Source of the DNA: an uncultured delta proteobacterium
GTDB taxonomy: Bacteria; Desulfobacterota; Desulfobacteria; Desulfobacterales; UBA2156
Reading direction: 5' to 3'
Length of the DNA stretch: 64,000 bases
NCBI GenBank assembly: GCA_963736855.1
Contig: CAVTQK010000009.1
Coordinates: forward strand, 256,001-320,000
The translations under genes were made by a program, and so were the position numbers. Positions 62,740-64,000 of this stretch are shown here, piece by piece (position 1 is the first letter of the stretch; each line of letters begins with the position of its first letter). Under the pieces are notes generated by a model. The model did no database searches. It was not told the DNA's origin and saw only the letters and a list, made by a program, of their open reading frames with translations.

Positions 62740-62865
62740 GATGGCAAAGTAAAAAGCTTCAGATGCAAGGCGCGCAAATCCTGAGGAATGAGGCGTACAT
62801 ATGGGTACGCCGCAATGACGAAGGATGCAGTGCAACGCAGCAGATGGACTTTTTACGAAGCCATC
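62740..62865. mobile_element. MITE-like palindromic element (126 bp)
   Basis: Terminal inverted repeats GATGGCAAAGTAAAAAG and CTTTTTACGAAGCCATC. Central hairpin GGCGTAC-ATATGG-GTACGCC. Confidence 0.75.
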
Positions 62866-62938
62866 AATTGTTATTGATCTATCTGGGCACCTGCGGTAAG
62901 ATATCCAAAATTAAAATTGGTCAGATTCACCCATAAAT

Positions 62939-63955
62939 ATGAAATCGCCCATGACTCGAAAAAATTCTTCAACCCTCCTTATCGAACAGGCAAAAGAAGT
63001 TCTTAGGATCGAAGCGGAGGGTATTTTAAGCCTTACTGAAAGGATTGATGATCGGTTTGCGGAGATGGTGAATGCGATCTTTCAGTGCTCCGGCAGGCTC
63101 ATCATCTCTGGAATCGGTAAATCAGGCACCGTAGGCCGAAAGATCGTGGGAACGCTCAACAGCACCGGCACCCGTGCCCTATTTTTGCACCCAGTGGAAG
63201 CCATGCATGGAGACCTGGGCATGGTGAGCAAGGATGATATTTTTTTGGCCCTTTCCAACAGCGGGGAGACGGATGAACTCAATATCCTGATCCCCAGCAT
63301 CCGAAAGATCGGATGCAAAATCATTACCATGACCGGAAATATTTATTCCACGATGGCTAAAAACAGTGACATCGTCATCGACGTCAGTGTACCTAGGGAA
63401 GCCTGTCCTATGGGTCTGGCCCCCACGGCCAGCACCACAGCCCTGCTGGCCGCCGGAGACGCCTTGGCCGTGGTCCTGATCAACAAGAAGCGATTTAAAT
63501 CCAGCGACTTTGCCCGCATTCACCCGGGGGGCAAACTCGGCCAAAGGCTGGCCTGCAATGTGAGACAATTCATGCTCACTGGGGACTCGATTCCCTGTGT
63601 GACCAAGGGGGTGACCATGAAAACGGCCATCGATGAGATCAACCGTCTCCAGCTCGGAGTTGCTCTGGTGGTGCAATCCGACGGGAAAACGCTGGCCGGG
63701 ATCATCACAGACGGAGATATTCGGCGCCGGATTACAAGGGAGGATCGACTTTTGGAGCTTCCCGTGGAAGCGGTCATGACCCAGAACCCCCGAACCGTCG
63801 ATCCCGAATCCCCGGCCTATAGCGCCTTGAATTTAATGGAAAAACACCAGATCACCGTCCTTCCCGTTGTCGACTCGAAAGATCGGATTTTTGGAATCCT
63901 GCACCTCCACGATATCCTGGGCAAGGGTGCCTTTAAATTCAACGACGTCCAATGA
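62939..63955 (+). CDS. kdsD: Arabinose-5-phosphate isomerase (KpsF/GutQ family)
   Basis: GIGKSG, HPVEAMHGDLG, SNSGET, EACPMGLAPTAST, HPGG-LG and a CBS pair. Confidence 0.95.
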   Translation: MKSPMTRKNSSTLLIEQAKEVLRIEAEGILSLTERIDDRFAEMVNAIFQCSGRLIISGIGKSGTVGRKIVGTLNSTGTRALFLHPVEAMHGDLGMVSKDDIFLALSNSGETDELNILIPSIRKIGCKIITMTGNIYSTMAKNSDIVIDVSVPREACPMGLAPTASTTALLAAGDALAVVLINKKRFKSSDFARIHPGGKLGQRLACNVRQFMLTGDSIPCVTKGVTMKTAIDEINRLQLGVALVVQSDGKTLAGIITDGDIRRRITREDRLLELPVEAVMTQNPRTVDPESPAYSALNLMEKHQITVLPVVDSKDRIFGILHLHDILGKGAFKFNDVQ

Positions 63956-64000
63956 ACGAAAAAGAGAACAACTGCCTCGAAGATCTCGACGATTACCCGG
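63952..64000 (+). CDS. Possible start of next gene (partial)
   Basis: ATGA overlap with the kdsD stop. The frame MNEKEKQLPRRSRRLP stays open to the window edge. Confidence 0.3.
   Translation, partial: MNEKENNCLEDLDDYP

Overview
A 64-kb gene-dense chromosomal window. Gene content and repeat types suggest a Desulfobacterota-type anaerobe (inference). Most of it is housekeeping or metabolic: etfB/etfA, mobB, panC-metK-ahcY, groES-groEL, nifU-nifS, ycbK/ycbB, ftsH, murJ, a pdaD-dhs-speB polyamine operon, a dpp-type ABC importer, a PPDK-like gene with gap, argJ, truA, clc and kdsD. An accessory-looking stretch (~36-45 kb) holds a radical SAM gene, a hybrid histidine kinase, an SGNH/CBM-like secreted protein, an orphan E1 alpha/beta pair, a MITE and an OmpA remnant. 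The main signal the ORF track misses is three small genes with in-frame UGA codons at Cys-like positions, each followed by a SECIS-like hairpin with GGU in the apical loop. These are a 50-aa membrane protein (1636-1788, U-x4-C), an FmdB zinc-ribbon protein ending U-A-T-U (15752-15958) and a dual-CXXC protein (57979-58161). Other notable items are a 1392-aa PPDK-like protein lacking the pyruvate-binding barrel, a FabH-like enzyme with a degenerate internal duplication, and two related palindromic MITE-like elements. Four genes carry single-base frameshifts, most likely sequencing or assembly indels. I recognised no rRNA, tRNA, CRISPR array or transposase.
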